Shown here piece by piece: positions 1 to 9,482 of a stretch of DNA of 57,793 nucleotides (its first letter is position 1; each line of letters begins with the position of its first letter). Position numbers and translations under genes: made by a program. The notes beneath the pieces were generated by a model that made no database searches, had not been told where the DNA came from, and was given only the letters and a program-made list of their open reading frames with translations. This stretch comes from a virus. Taxonomy: Duplodnaviria > Heunggongvirae > Uroviricota > Caudoviricetes. The stretch is from IMG/VR virus record IMGVR_UViG_3300032329_000471, positions 64,001 to 121,793 of that record, one strand, 5' to 3'.

Positions 1-2
1 CG

Positions 3-2657
3 GACTCTGTAATAGGAAGTATAGTTGGTGTTATATCTGCAGCTACAATATTTAGTAAAGGAATTGAAATAGGCGCTACTGCGGATAATCCTATAGGAAT
101 GAAAATAGGCCCCCTTCCTCCGTTTCCTACAGCATCATCAATTTTACCAACTGTAAGTTCTACTGGAGCACCTTTAGTACCTTCACTAGCTACTTTAGCT
201 AGTGATGCTGCATATGTTGGTAACTTAGTTACTTGGGGAATAGAAGCTGCTCAAGCTATTATATTTATAGCAACATTTGCTGAGTTACAGAAAGAAAAGT
301 TTCTTTCTCTAATGATGATGTTAATACCTAAAGGACAGTTTGCTGCTCAATATACTAGTCATGGATTCTATAATAAATCAGTAACAAATAAAGCGGGAAA
401 TATTCGTAGAAAAGTAATAGATGTTTCTTATGTTGGAAATGGTGTACAACAGTTTGGTGTAGGTCATCAAATAAATAATCTAAACAGAAGTAAGGTGGTG
501 GTGGTAAAAACAAGTAAAACACTACCAAACCCAACACTTCAAGATAATAGTAGATATACTATGGGTGATATTAATACAGAACTAAATGTAAATAATACAA
601 CTAATATATCATCTTACTATGGCGCTTTGAAAACAAGTCTTCCGTCACAATATGGTCAACTAGAAAGTATTAAACAACTTCCTATATCTACATGTATACA
701 AGCTTCTAATCCTAAAAAGAATCAAGTTGTATCATCTGATGTTATGTTTGGAGGAGATATTTATATTAACCGTTTTACAGAAAAGAATACAATGTTCTTT
801 TTTAATTCTTGGTTAATGGGTGAACCAGATGAGATAGAGTATGATTATACATTATACACTAACGTACCATATCCTAGATTTTGGCTTAACAGTATTGAAC
901 AAAAACGTTCATTATTAATGACATCATCTAAATATAGAGTGTTAGATAAACGTGAATCAGAAATCACTTATGTAAGAAAAGGATATTTTTATTTATTTAA
1001 TTCTGGGGTAAGAGACTTTTTTGTAGAGAGCGAGATAAATCTAGGATATAGAGATTGGGATGATGATATAGCTAAACGACATTATGACCCGGCCAGATAT
1101 ACAGATCTTGTTTCTCTTTTTAGAAGTGATGTAATTAGAAGTGGTAACTTCTATAAATATGATTATAGTCTTAGTATTTCTAAGTTATTTAATAGTTCTA
1201 TATCGTGGGGTAATATGTTACCAAGAGATTATAATCCTACTACTGCATCTACATGTTATGTATATAGACCAAATAGAGTAATATATTCTCTTCCGCAAAA
1301 TGATCAAAGTAAACAAGATGCTTGGAGATTATTTTTAGCTAATAATTTTAAAGATTTTAGAAGTAGAGTAACTTCTATAAAAGCTATAAATAAAACAGGA
1401 GCGTTGTTTATGATGAAATATGCATCACCTGTTATGTTTATTGGTACAGAAGAACTTAAATTAAATGGTACTAATACAGCTGTTACAATAGGTAATGGAG
1501 CTTTATTTGCAAATAATCAAAACTTACAATCTACAGCTAATGCTGAAGATAGTTATGAATATGGATCTAATCAAAGTAGATTCTCATCTATAAATACAAC
1601 TCATGGTGTATTCTGGGTAAGTCAAAATCAAGGTAAAATATTTGTATACGCTCCTCATAAAGGAGAAAATATGGTGGATATTACAGCTAATGGAATGATG
1701 AAGTATTGGTTTGCTAAATATCTTCCTTCACAGCTTTTAAAAGTGTATCCAGGATATATTCAAGATGATAACACTATAATTGGAGTTGGTGTACAGATGA
1801 GTTATGATGCTACTAATGAAATAATTTATGTATCTAAAAAAGATTACAAACCATTAACAGACAAACTAACATATGATGTAAATGGTAATTTTTATAACAA
1901 TGGACAAAAAGTAGAACTCACTGATACAACTTATTTTGAGGAAGCATCTTGGACCGCGTCATTTGATCCTAAATCTAAGATGTGGATATCATTCCATGAC
2001 TGGATTCCTACATTAACTTTAGCTGGTAGATTACATCTTATGTCTGTAAATAGTGATTCTATATGGATGCATAATGTAAGATGTGATAGTTATTGTAACT
2101 TCTACGGAATAGATTATCCATTTGATATTGAGTTTGTATCATCTACTGGTCAACAAGTTAACTCTGTAAGAAACATTGAGTATCTTCTTGAAGTGTATAA
2201 GATGCATAATGATTGTAAAGATAAGTTTCATGTATTAGATACAAACTTTGATTACGCCATAGTATATAACTCAGAACAGATTTCGGGAACATTACATCTT
2301 AATTTAATGGATAGAAATAATCCATTAACTATATTAGGGTATCCTAAAATATATTCTGATCATATAGATATTAACTTTTCTAAAGTAGAACAGAAATATA
2401 GATTTAATCAGTTTTGGGATATAACAAAAGACCGTGGTGAGCGTAATTCATCTATAGATGTTCCAATGTTTAATACCTCAGCTAATGGATATGAGTATCC
2501 AATTAATCCTGAGTATGTAAATTATGATAAAGTTTCTTTAGAACGTAAGAAGTTTAGACACACTATTAATAAAGTGTTTTTAAGAAAATCTTTATCCGGT
2601 AATCAAAAGCTTCTATTTAAAATCTCTAATGTTAAAAATCTTAATTCTCCTAGATAA
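3..2657 (+). CDS. Tail stabilisation / muzzle-like virion protein of crAss-like phages (5'-truncated)
   Basis: The frame is open from base 3 (DSVIGSIVG...), so the gene starts before the window. It is beta-rich with a C-terminal KVEQKYRFNQFWD..RKFRH pattern, and lies directly upstream of the cargo/RNAP block as in crAss-like genomes. Confidence 0.6.
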   Translation, partial: DSVIGSIVGVISAATIFSKGIEIGATADNPIGMKIGPLPPFPTASSILPTVSSTGAPLVPSLATLASDAAYVGNLVTWGIEAAQAIIFIATFAELQKEKFLSLMMMLIPKGQFAAQYTSHGFYNKSVTNKAGNIRRKVIDVSYVGNGVQQFGVGHQINNLNRSKVVVVKTSKTLPNPTLQDNSRYTMGDINTELNVNNTTNISSYYGALKTSLPSQYGQLESIKQLPISTCIQASNPKKNQVVSSDVMFGGDIYINRFTEKNTMFFFNSWLMGEPDEIEYDYTLYTNVPYPRFWLNSIEQKRSLLMTSSKYRVLDKRESEITYVRKGYFYLFNSGVRDFFVESEINLGYRDWDDDIAKRHYDPARYTDLVSLFRSDVIRSGNFYKYDYSLSISKLFNSSISWGNMLPRDYNPTTASTCYVYRPNRVIYSLPQNDQSKQDAWRLFLANNFKDFRSRVTSIKAINKTGALFMMKYASPVMFIGTEELKLNGTNTAVTIGNGALFANNQNLQSTANAEDSYEYGSNQSRFSSINTTHGVFWVSQNQGKIFVYAPHKGENMVDITANGMMKYWFAKYLPSQLLKVYPGYIQDDNTIIGVGVQMSYDATNEIIYVSKKDYKPLTDKLTYDVNGNFYNNGQKVELTDTTYFEEASWTASFDPKSKMWISFHDWIPTLTLAGRLHLMSVNSDSIWMHNVRCDSYCNFYGIDYPFDIEFVSSTGQQVNSVRNIEYLLEVYKMHNDCKDKFHVLDTNFDYAIVYNSEQISGTLHLNLMDRNNPLTILGYPKIYSDHIDINFSKVEQKYRFNQFWDITKDRGERNSSIDVPMFNTSANGYEYPINPEYVNYDKVSLERKKFRHTINKVFLRKSLSGNQKLLFKISNVKNLNSPR

Positions 2658-4543
2658 TGAAAAAACTTCTTCCTTTTATCTCTGATTCTTTGGGTCCCAG
2701 TTGGTTAGATAAATACCAGGGGGGTGGTAATGTAAAACCTAAAATAGGTTATACCCCTAATGGTGATATCAAAAATAATATCAAAGTAATTCCTTCAAAA
2801 GATACTTCTATAGATGATGTAAATTATGTTAGAAATTATAAACAACCTTACGAACCAACACAAGGTGTTAAAGATTTAAAAGCTAAATTAGCCACTATAT
2901 CATTATCTACAACACCTATTAAAGAAACTCCTTTAGGAGAAGGTATAGATTTACTTAATACTGTAGGTGACTTTTATACAGGAAGTAGATATTTAATGGA
3001 TGGACAAACTAAAAAAGGATTGATAGATATAGGTGAAGGTGTATTAAACTTTATTCCATTTATAAAAGGAAAAATTCCTACAGGATGGGATGCAGCTCTT
3101 ACAAAAGGTCCACTTTTACCACAATTAAGTAGATTAGGCAAATCTTATAACAACATATTACATCTTTCACAAAAAGCCGCTGATGTAGATAATATAAAAG
3201 ATGGATCATGGTTAAATAAATATGCTCAAGGTGGCACATATGGTGATCCTCTTTCTCCACGTATTATGAATCTACCAGCATCTTATAAAATGAATAGTTA
3301 TGATAAAGGTGGAAATATAATAACTGATCCTATGGGACAATGGGCCCATCCTGGTTCTATTACACGTATACCATCTAATGATATAACTATGCGCGGTGTT
3401 TTTAAACCTTTGATAGGAGTATCGAATACAGGACATATACAGTATATGGAACCTGGTAAAGATTATAAATTTAATGGAGAGTATGTAACAGAGTATCCTA
3501 TAATGCAAAATGGTGGCAGTAAACCTACATCACAAGATAGTTTAGCTTTATATAATAATACATTAGCATTACAGAATTATTATAAAAAATATAAAAAAAG
3601 TAGTGAACAATTATCTTCTAAAGGAAATGAATTTGAAAATTTAGATCGTGCTGCTAATAATAAATGGAGATTTCCTTCAACAATACCTTCTAAAAATTGG
3701 TTTGGTAATCCTTCTAGTAAAACAGAAATTTTAAAAGATAGTGATATTAGACAAATAGTAGATTCAAATAAATTTAAGCAAAGGGAATTAGCTACATCTA
3801 TTTTAGATACAAATGCTCCTTTTGCATTATACGATAGAAGAATTCCACCTAAAAAAATTATTCATTATATAAATGAAATAGAAGGTGATCCATTAGTAGG
3901 TGATTTCATAGATATTCCATCTTACGATCCAACTGATATTAAACCCTATAGTATGCGTACACCTGCTGAAAAGATTATAGAGGATAAAAATTATCTTCAA
4001 CCCAAACAAAAATCTATTAAACCACAACATCAAGATATATATTTAACTCCCACTAATAGTACTAAAAAAATAATTAAACAGTCAGAACAATATAAACCTT
4101 TAACTCCTGGTCAAATAATACCTAATAAGTTAAATATAGATGAAGGAGATGTTCCACAACATTTGTCTAATCAACAAATATCTACTCAACAGCCTTATCA
4201 AGGATTTGGCGCCAGACCTGTGTATGATGAAAACAACACATATTTAGGAACACCTGTTTATGTTGGTAATAATATTGTACTTAGAGATAACAGTGGTAAT
4301 TATATTGGTAATCCTATAAGTAAAGAAGAATATCATCAATATGGAAATACAGATACTTCATTAAGAGGAAGATTTATTCCTAAACAAAAGAATGGTGGTA
4401 GACTTCTTAGTAAGTCTGTTACATGTTCTAATTGTGGATGGTCATGGAAAGCAACAGATGGAGGATTAGATCCTTTAACATGTCATAAGTGTGGTGGAAC
4501 TATTAAAATGAAAAATGGTGGTTGGTTAGACAACTATAATTAG
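2657..4543 (+). CDS. Putative internal virion protein with repeated WL[DN][KN]Y and xxGG motifs and a C-terminal zinc ribbon
   Basis: 628 aa; ATG overlaps the upstream TAA. WLDKY/WLNKY/WLDNY repeats, a DPMGQWAHPG..ITMRGV..IGVS..YMEPG.DY.F module, and CSNC-x17-CHKC. Confidence 0.55.
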   Translation: MKKLLPFISDSLGPSWLDKYQGGGNVKPKIGYTPNGDIKNNIKVIPSKDTSIDDVNYVRNYKQPYEPTQGVKDLKAKLATISLSTTPIKETPLGEGIDLLNTVGDFYTGSRYLMDGQTKKGLIDIGEGVLNFIPFIKGKIPTGWDAALTKGPLLPQLSRLGKSYNNILHLSQKAADVDNIKDGSWLNKYAQGGTYGDPLSPRIMNLPASYKMNSYDKGGNIITDPMGQWAHPGSITRIPSNDITMRGVFKPLIGVSNTGHIQYMEPGKDYKFNGEYVTEYPIMQNGGSKPTSQDSLALYNNTLALQNYYKKYKKSSEQLSSKGNEFENLDRAANNKWRFPSTIPSKNWFGNPSSKTEILKDSDIRQIVDSNKFKQRELATSILDTNAPFALYDRRIPPKKIIHYINEIEGDPLVGDFIDIPSYDPTDIKPYSMRTPAEKIIEDKNYLQPKQKSIKPQHQDIYLTPTNSTKKIIKQSEQYKPLTPGQIIPNKLNIDEGDVPQHLSNQQISTQQPYQGFGARPVYDENNTYLGTPVYVGNNIVLRDNSGNYIGNPISKEEYHQYGNTDTSLRGRFIPKQKNGGRLLSKSVTCSNCGWSWKATDGGLDPLTCHKCGGTIKMKNGGWLDNYN

Positions 4544-4574
4544 TTAAACAGATAAATAAAGATTATATTATATT

Positions 4575-6038
4575 ATGAAAAGTGAATTTTTAAAGATAGC
4601 AAATGTAAAGACTCAGAAAGAGTTTTACGATAAATACCCTAATGAAGCTTCTTTCTTTGCGGCTCATCCTGAAGCTAAACATCTTAAAACTATGGCTAGA
4701 GGTGGAAGCGCGTCTGGTAATAAACAACAGCAACAGATTATGCAGATAATCCAAGCTTACGCTAAAGTTTCTGGATCTGATCCTAGACAGATTATGCAAC
4801 AGTTACAACAGATGCAGCCCCAACAACAACAACAAGCTTTACAACAAATGATGCAAAGTCTACAGGGTCAAGGTCAACAGATGATGGCTCAACAACAAGG
4901 ACAGCCTCAGATGCAAATGGGTGGTGGATTGAATCATTACGATACAGAATACGCTTATGGTGGGTATACTACACATCCTTATCAAGTTGATAATCATCAT
5001 TATCAAAAAGGTGGACAAAATAGTGATGCCACGTATGTAAAAAGATCTGATAATCCAGTTTTTGTAAAAAATCAAGATCAACCATTCAATAGTAATCCAG
5101 AGTCAAATTTTCAAATTGGTTATAATGTTTTAAAAAGTCTTCCTAAATTAGGATGGGAAAAACTTAATGTAGATATGCCTGTTTATACATTTAGTAAACT
5201 AGCAAGACTTGGAGAAAAGTTAGGAGCTGAACCAAATAAAGATCTTTTTCCTCAAAGTCCTTATTATAATTTAACAGGAGCTCAACGTGAATTAAAAGAG
5301 TTAAATGATTTACAAAAACAAAGATGGTCTAAAATTATAAAAGGAGAGTATTCTGAAGGTGGATACTATATGGGTAATGATGGACAAAGACATAAATCTA
5401 CTGGAGCTAATTGGAGTGGTAATGCTTTTTATGCTGATGGTGGCTCAGCTCCTTTAGAATATCCTCATATGTTTAAGTATCCTCCTTATTATGAAATAGG
5501 ACCACATATGGCTTATGGTGGATATTATCAAGATGGTGGACAACAACCACAACAAAGTCAAGGTGTAGATCCTCAACAGATAATGCAAGAGATAGCTCAG
5601 AAGTTACAACAAGGTGAAGATCCAAATCAGATAGTACAAGAACTTGTACAAGAAGGTGTACCACAAGATCAAGCTCAACAAATGGTACAAGCTGTTGTTC
5701 AACAGATGCAACAACAACAAGGTGGTGGACAAGATCAAGGTCAGTCTGGTATGAAGTATGGTGGAATACATATTAATCCAGCTAATAAAGGTAAGTTTAC
5801 CGCAACTAAAAAAGCTACAGGTAAATCTACAGAAGAATTAACTCATTCTAAAAATCCTATTACTAAGAAGCGCGCTATATTTGCTCAAAATGCTGCTAAG
5901 TGGAAACATGAAACCGGTGGACAATATGGTGGACAGTATATGCAAGATGGTGGTATATCTATAGGACAAACAATGGATGTTACTCCAGAACAAGCTCAAT
6001 ACCTAAAACAAATGGGTTATACATTTGAAAAATTATAA
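4575..6038 (+). CDS. Gln-rich putative internal virion protein with 13 GG motifs
   Basis: 487 aa. Poly-Q tracts, three DPxQI[MV]Q repeats, and an IHINPANKGKFT...KRAIFAQNAAKWKH module that I recall from crAss-like phage proteins. Confidence 0.55.
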   Translation: MKSEFLKIANVKTQKEFYDKYPNEASFFAAHPEAKHLKTMARGGSASGNKQQQQIMQIIQAYAKVSGSDPRQIMQQLQQMQPQQQQQALQQMMQSLQGQGQQMMAQQQGQPQMQMGGGLNHYDTEYAYGGYTTHPYQVDNHHYQKGGQNSDATYVKRSDNPVFVKNQDQPFNSNPESNFQIGYNVLKSLPKLGWEKLNVDMPVYTFSKLARLGEKLGAEPNKDLFPQSPYYNLTGAQRELKELNDLQKQRWSKIIKGEYSEGGYYMGNDGQRHKSTGANWSGNAFYADGGSAPLEYPHMFKYPPYYEIGPHMAYGGYYQDGGQQPQQSQGVDPQQIMQEIAQKLQQGEDPNQIVQELVQEGVPQDQAQQMVQAVVQQMQQQQGGGQDQGQSGMKYGGIHINPANKGKFTATKKATGKSTEELTHSKNPITKKRAIFAQNAAKWKHETGGQYGGQYMQDGGISIGQTMDVTPEQAQYLKQMGYTFEKL

Positions 6039-6043
6039 GAACT

Positions 6044-9000
6044 ATGAAAATAAGAATAACAGGACAGGGTTTAAAGAAAGCTCAATTTCTTAATAGTCAG
6101 ATTGATACTCCTCAACAAAACTGGAAAGCTCCACAATCATTACCTAATCAGAATCCATGGATGTCTAATAGTTTTGATTGGACTAGAAAACCACAGGGAG
6201 AATTGGATGATGAACCTAAATCTCCTAATTTATCTAATATACCAAGAGTAAATCAGACAGTTAATCCAAGATACGCTAGTGTATCTATGGATAATCCTAT
6301 AAATTCTTTTTCTCAATATGCAGGTACTCAAGCTAATACTGAACCTTTTCAACCTAAAACAACAATCACACCTAGAATACCACTACCAGCTCAAAGTATA
6401 ATGGGTGTTAATGGTAGTGTTACAACTACTGGTAATGTAGGTGATTCGATTAATAGTTATTCTACTGTACAAGATGAAGATAATTTAGATGAAACTAGTC
6501 CAGAATTAGTTAAAGAAAATCCAAAACAAAACTCAAAACCAAAACAAAAAAGTAAAGGACTAGGTATGGGTATTTATAATACTTTAGAACTAGGTAATGC
6601 TTTTGGAAATCTTATACAACAACCACAAAAACAAAGAGACTGGTATAAAAAGTTTCGCGATAGTAATCTAACAGATAATGCATATGCGGTTACACCTGGT
6701 AATGAATCAGGTAATAGAGGAGACTATGATATAAATAACGGTATGTTTAGACCTAATGAGACTGGGTTTAAAAGTAAAGGAATGTATACTAATAACTTTT
6801 CTACACCTCAAGCTCAGTTTGGAACAACAATAAATACCGACCCTGGTTTTGTTACAGACAATATAGTAGGTGGAAATGATTATTCTTCTTTAATACTATT
6901 AGGCCCAAGTTCAACATATGGACCTAAACCTATTAGAAATAGTGATGTATCTACGCAACACTCATTTATAGATAATAAATCTAAAGGTAGTATTAGTGTA
7001 AGAAATAATAATCCTGGTAACATGATGTATTCACCATTTACAAAAAAGTTTGGAGCTGAGCCAGGTAGTCCTAGACCAGATGGAGAACCAGGTAATTACG
7101 CTTATTTTCCTGATTTACAACATGGATTACAAGCTCAAAAAGCTTTGTTAACAAATAAAGGATATGCTAATCTTGATCTTACACATGCTATAAATAGATG
7201 GATAACAGGTGATGTAAATAGACCAGGAGCTTATACAGCTAATACAATAGCGCCATCTTTAGTTCATAAAAAAGTTGGTGATCTAACTAATGAAGAACTT
7301 GATATAGTTCAAAAAGGTATAGTTAAAAATGAAGATACACATTTATATAAAATTCTTAAACAACAAGGTATTTTTGATACCGGAGGTGAAACATCTAATA
7401 TGAAAATATGTATAACAGCGGGCCCAGACTCTATAGATCACATGGCCTATGGTGGACAAAAAGGATATGGATTTGATTTAGGTCAACGTAATACATATTC
7501 TAAAATGAATCAAAGTTCTTTTGCTGACGCATCTAACACTATACAAGAAGTTCCTCGTGATGAAGCTAATATAGAAGCTGAAAAAGGAGAAACTGTATAT
7601 GGTGATCTTGATGGTGATGGAATATTAGAACAAAAGATGATTGGAGGAAGACGTCACTCTGAAGGTGGTACAACTCTTAATGTTCCTGAAGGAAGCTTTA
7701 TATTTTCTGATACTAAAAAGATGAAGATTAAAGATTCTAATATATTAAAATATTTTGGAAAGACATCTGTTCCAACCGGTGGTATTACTCCAGCTGATAT
7801 AGCTAAACAATATAACATTACAAAATATAAAGCTATATTACAAGATCCATTATCTGATCCTATTGCTAAGAAGACCGCTGAGATGATGATCACTAATATG
7901 AACGCTAAGTTATCTAAACTAGCTGATATACAAGAAGGTATGAAAGGATTTCCTCAAGGTCGTCCTAAAGTAGCTACAGATCAAGAACAAGAATTAGAAC
8001 AAGCTGCTTATGGTGGATATTTACAAAAGTATCAAGGAGCTACTGGGCCATCTACTGTATCTACTATTCCTTATCCTTTACAAACAGCCACACAAAATAG
8101 TCAATCTAGTGGAACAGATTATGGTAATATTAATGGTATAATGAGAGGAGCTGATTTACATTCTAAATATCCTTGGTTTAAACCTTTTAATGTAGCTAAT
8201 ACAAAAGCTGGACATACAACACCTACTAATCAAGATTCTTTATTTATAGGAGATAGTGAAAGTCAATATGAAAGACTTCCTTATTGGGAAAAACGTCACG
8301 GTTCTCCTTTTAAAAGTATGGATGAATTACAAGGTTATATTTATGATGAACATGAAAAAAGTGATCCATCTGTTATTAATAATATGTGGAATAAATATGG
8401 TGAAACTTATCATGGTCCAACAAATAGAAAAGGTTTTGTTGATAATAAACCTGGACGTAGAACATTTGATCTTTTAAATGAACCTATTTGGGATAAAGAA
8501 AAAGAAATACCTCAAAAACACGATATGACTTATGATGTTGTAGATAATAGTAATAAAGGTACAATACCTAATGTACCAGGTTTTACACCTACTTCTAATA
8601 AAGCTATTCCAGATCGTGGTCCTTGGTGGTTACAAGATAAGATAAACTTAACTAATGCTACAGCTAACTGGGCTGGTAATAAAAAGTATCTTCCTTATAT
8701 ACCTGATGTATCATTACAACACGCGGCTCCTACATTTGAAGATTGGAGAGGACAAGCGGGAGCTTTACAATCTGGTTATCAAAATAATGCTAGAGTAAGT
8801 GGAATATATGGACCATCTAGCGCTTTAAACTCTAATCTAAGTTCTTTAGCTGGTCAACAAGCTGAACAATTAGCTGGAGTAATAGGTGGTGTTGGTGCTA
8901 AGAATACAGCTACAGCTAATCAGTTTGCTGAATATAACACTGGTCTTACTAACTCAGAAGCTGCTCAAAGAGCTCAAAACAGAACTAAACTTTGGGAAGG

Positions 9001-9430
9001 TAATGTTATTGCTAATCAACAATATGATAATGCTAATAGAGAAGGTAGAACTAACTTTGTTAATGCACTTAACCAAGGATTTACTAATGCAGCTAACACT
9101 TATAATTTGAATATGTCTGAACCATATTTTAGATCTAATCCATCATCTGGTGGTTTTGGTTATTTTGTTGGACCAGGCGCCCAAAATATGTTTAATAAAT
9201 CACGCGGAATCGGTACAAATGAAAATCAAGATTTCTTAACAAAATATAATGATGAATATAAAAGAGCTAATCAGATGTTTGCTCATATAAGTGATGCTAC
9301 AGAAAGAAATAATAGAATCAATCATTATCTTGATAACTTTGCTAAGATGCACACAGAAACCAATAGAGCTACCACAGGAGCTTGGGGACAACCTAAAGGA
9401 TACACCGAAATAACAAAAGGTTTCAATTAA
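6044..9430 (+). CDS. Putative virion cargo protein with a lysozyme-like (RNNNPGN) domain
   Basis: 1128 aa. RNNNPGN at 7001-7021 followed by YAYFPDLQHG..A..ALL..AINRW; also an IEAEKGETV...GRRHSEGG...FIFSD module. Confidence 0.55.
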   Translation: MKIRITGQGLKKAQFLNSQIDTPQQNWKAPQSLPNQNPWMSNSFDWTRKPQGELDDEPKSPNLSNIPRVNQTVNPRYASVSMDNPINSFSQYAGTQANTEPFQPKTTITPRIPLPAQSIMGVNGSVTTTGNVGDSINSYSTVQDEDNLDETSPELVKENPKQNSKPKQKSKGLGMGIYNTLELGNAFGNLIQQPQKQRDWYKKFRDSNLTDNAYAVTPGNESGNRGDYDINNGMFRPNETGFKSKGMYTNNFSTPQAQFGTTINTDPGFVTDNIVGGNDYSSLILLGPSSTYGPKPIRNSDVSTQHSFIDNKSKGSISVRNNNPGNMMYSPFTKKFGAEPGSPRPDGEPGNYAYFPDLQHGLQAQKALLTNKGYANLDLTHAINRWITGDVNRPGAYTANTIAPSLVHKKVGDLTNEELDIVQKGIVKNEDTHLYKILKQQGIFDTGGETSNMKICITAGPDSIDHMAYGGQKGYGFDLGQRNTYSKMNQSSFADASNTIQEVPRDEANIEAEKGETVYGDLDGDGILEQKMIGGRRHSEGGTTLNVPEGSFIFSDTKKMKIKDSNILKYFGKTSVPTGGITPADIAKQYNITKYKAILQDPLSDPIAKKTAEMMITNMNAKLSKLADIQEGMKGFPQGRPKVATDQEQELEQAAYGGYLQKYQGATGPSTVSTIPYPLQTATQNSQSSGTDYGNINGIMRGADLHSKYPWFKPFNVANTKAGHTTPTNQDSLFIGDSESQYERLPYWEKRHGSPFKSMDELQGYIYDEHEKSDPSVINNMWNKYGETYHGPTNRKGFVDNKPGRRTFDLLNEPIWDKEKEIPQKHDMTYDVVDNSNKGTIPNVPGFTPTSNKAIPDRGPWWLQDKINLTNATANWAGNKKYLPYIPDVSLQHAAPTFEDWRGQAGALQSGYQNNARVSGIYGPSSALNSNLSSLAGQQAEQLAGVIGGVGAKNTATANQFAEYNTGLTNSEAAQRAQNRTKLWEGNVIANQQYDNANREGRTNFVNALNQGFTNAANTYNLNMSEPYFRSNPSSGGFGYFVGPGAQNMFNKSRGIGTNENQDFLTKYNDEYKRANQMFAHISDATERNNRINHYLDNFAKMHTETNRATTGAWGQPKGYTEITKGFN

Positions 9431-9482
9431 ACCTGATAAGTTTGGTTTTAAACTTTAAAAATTTTTTCTTAATATATAGTAT

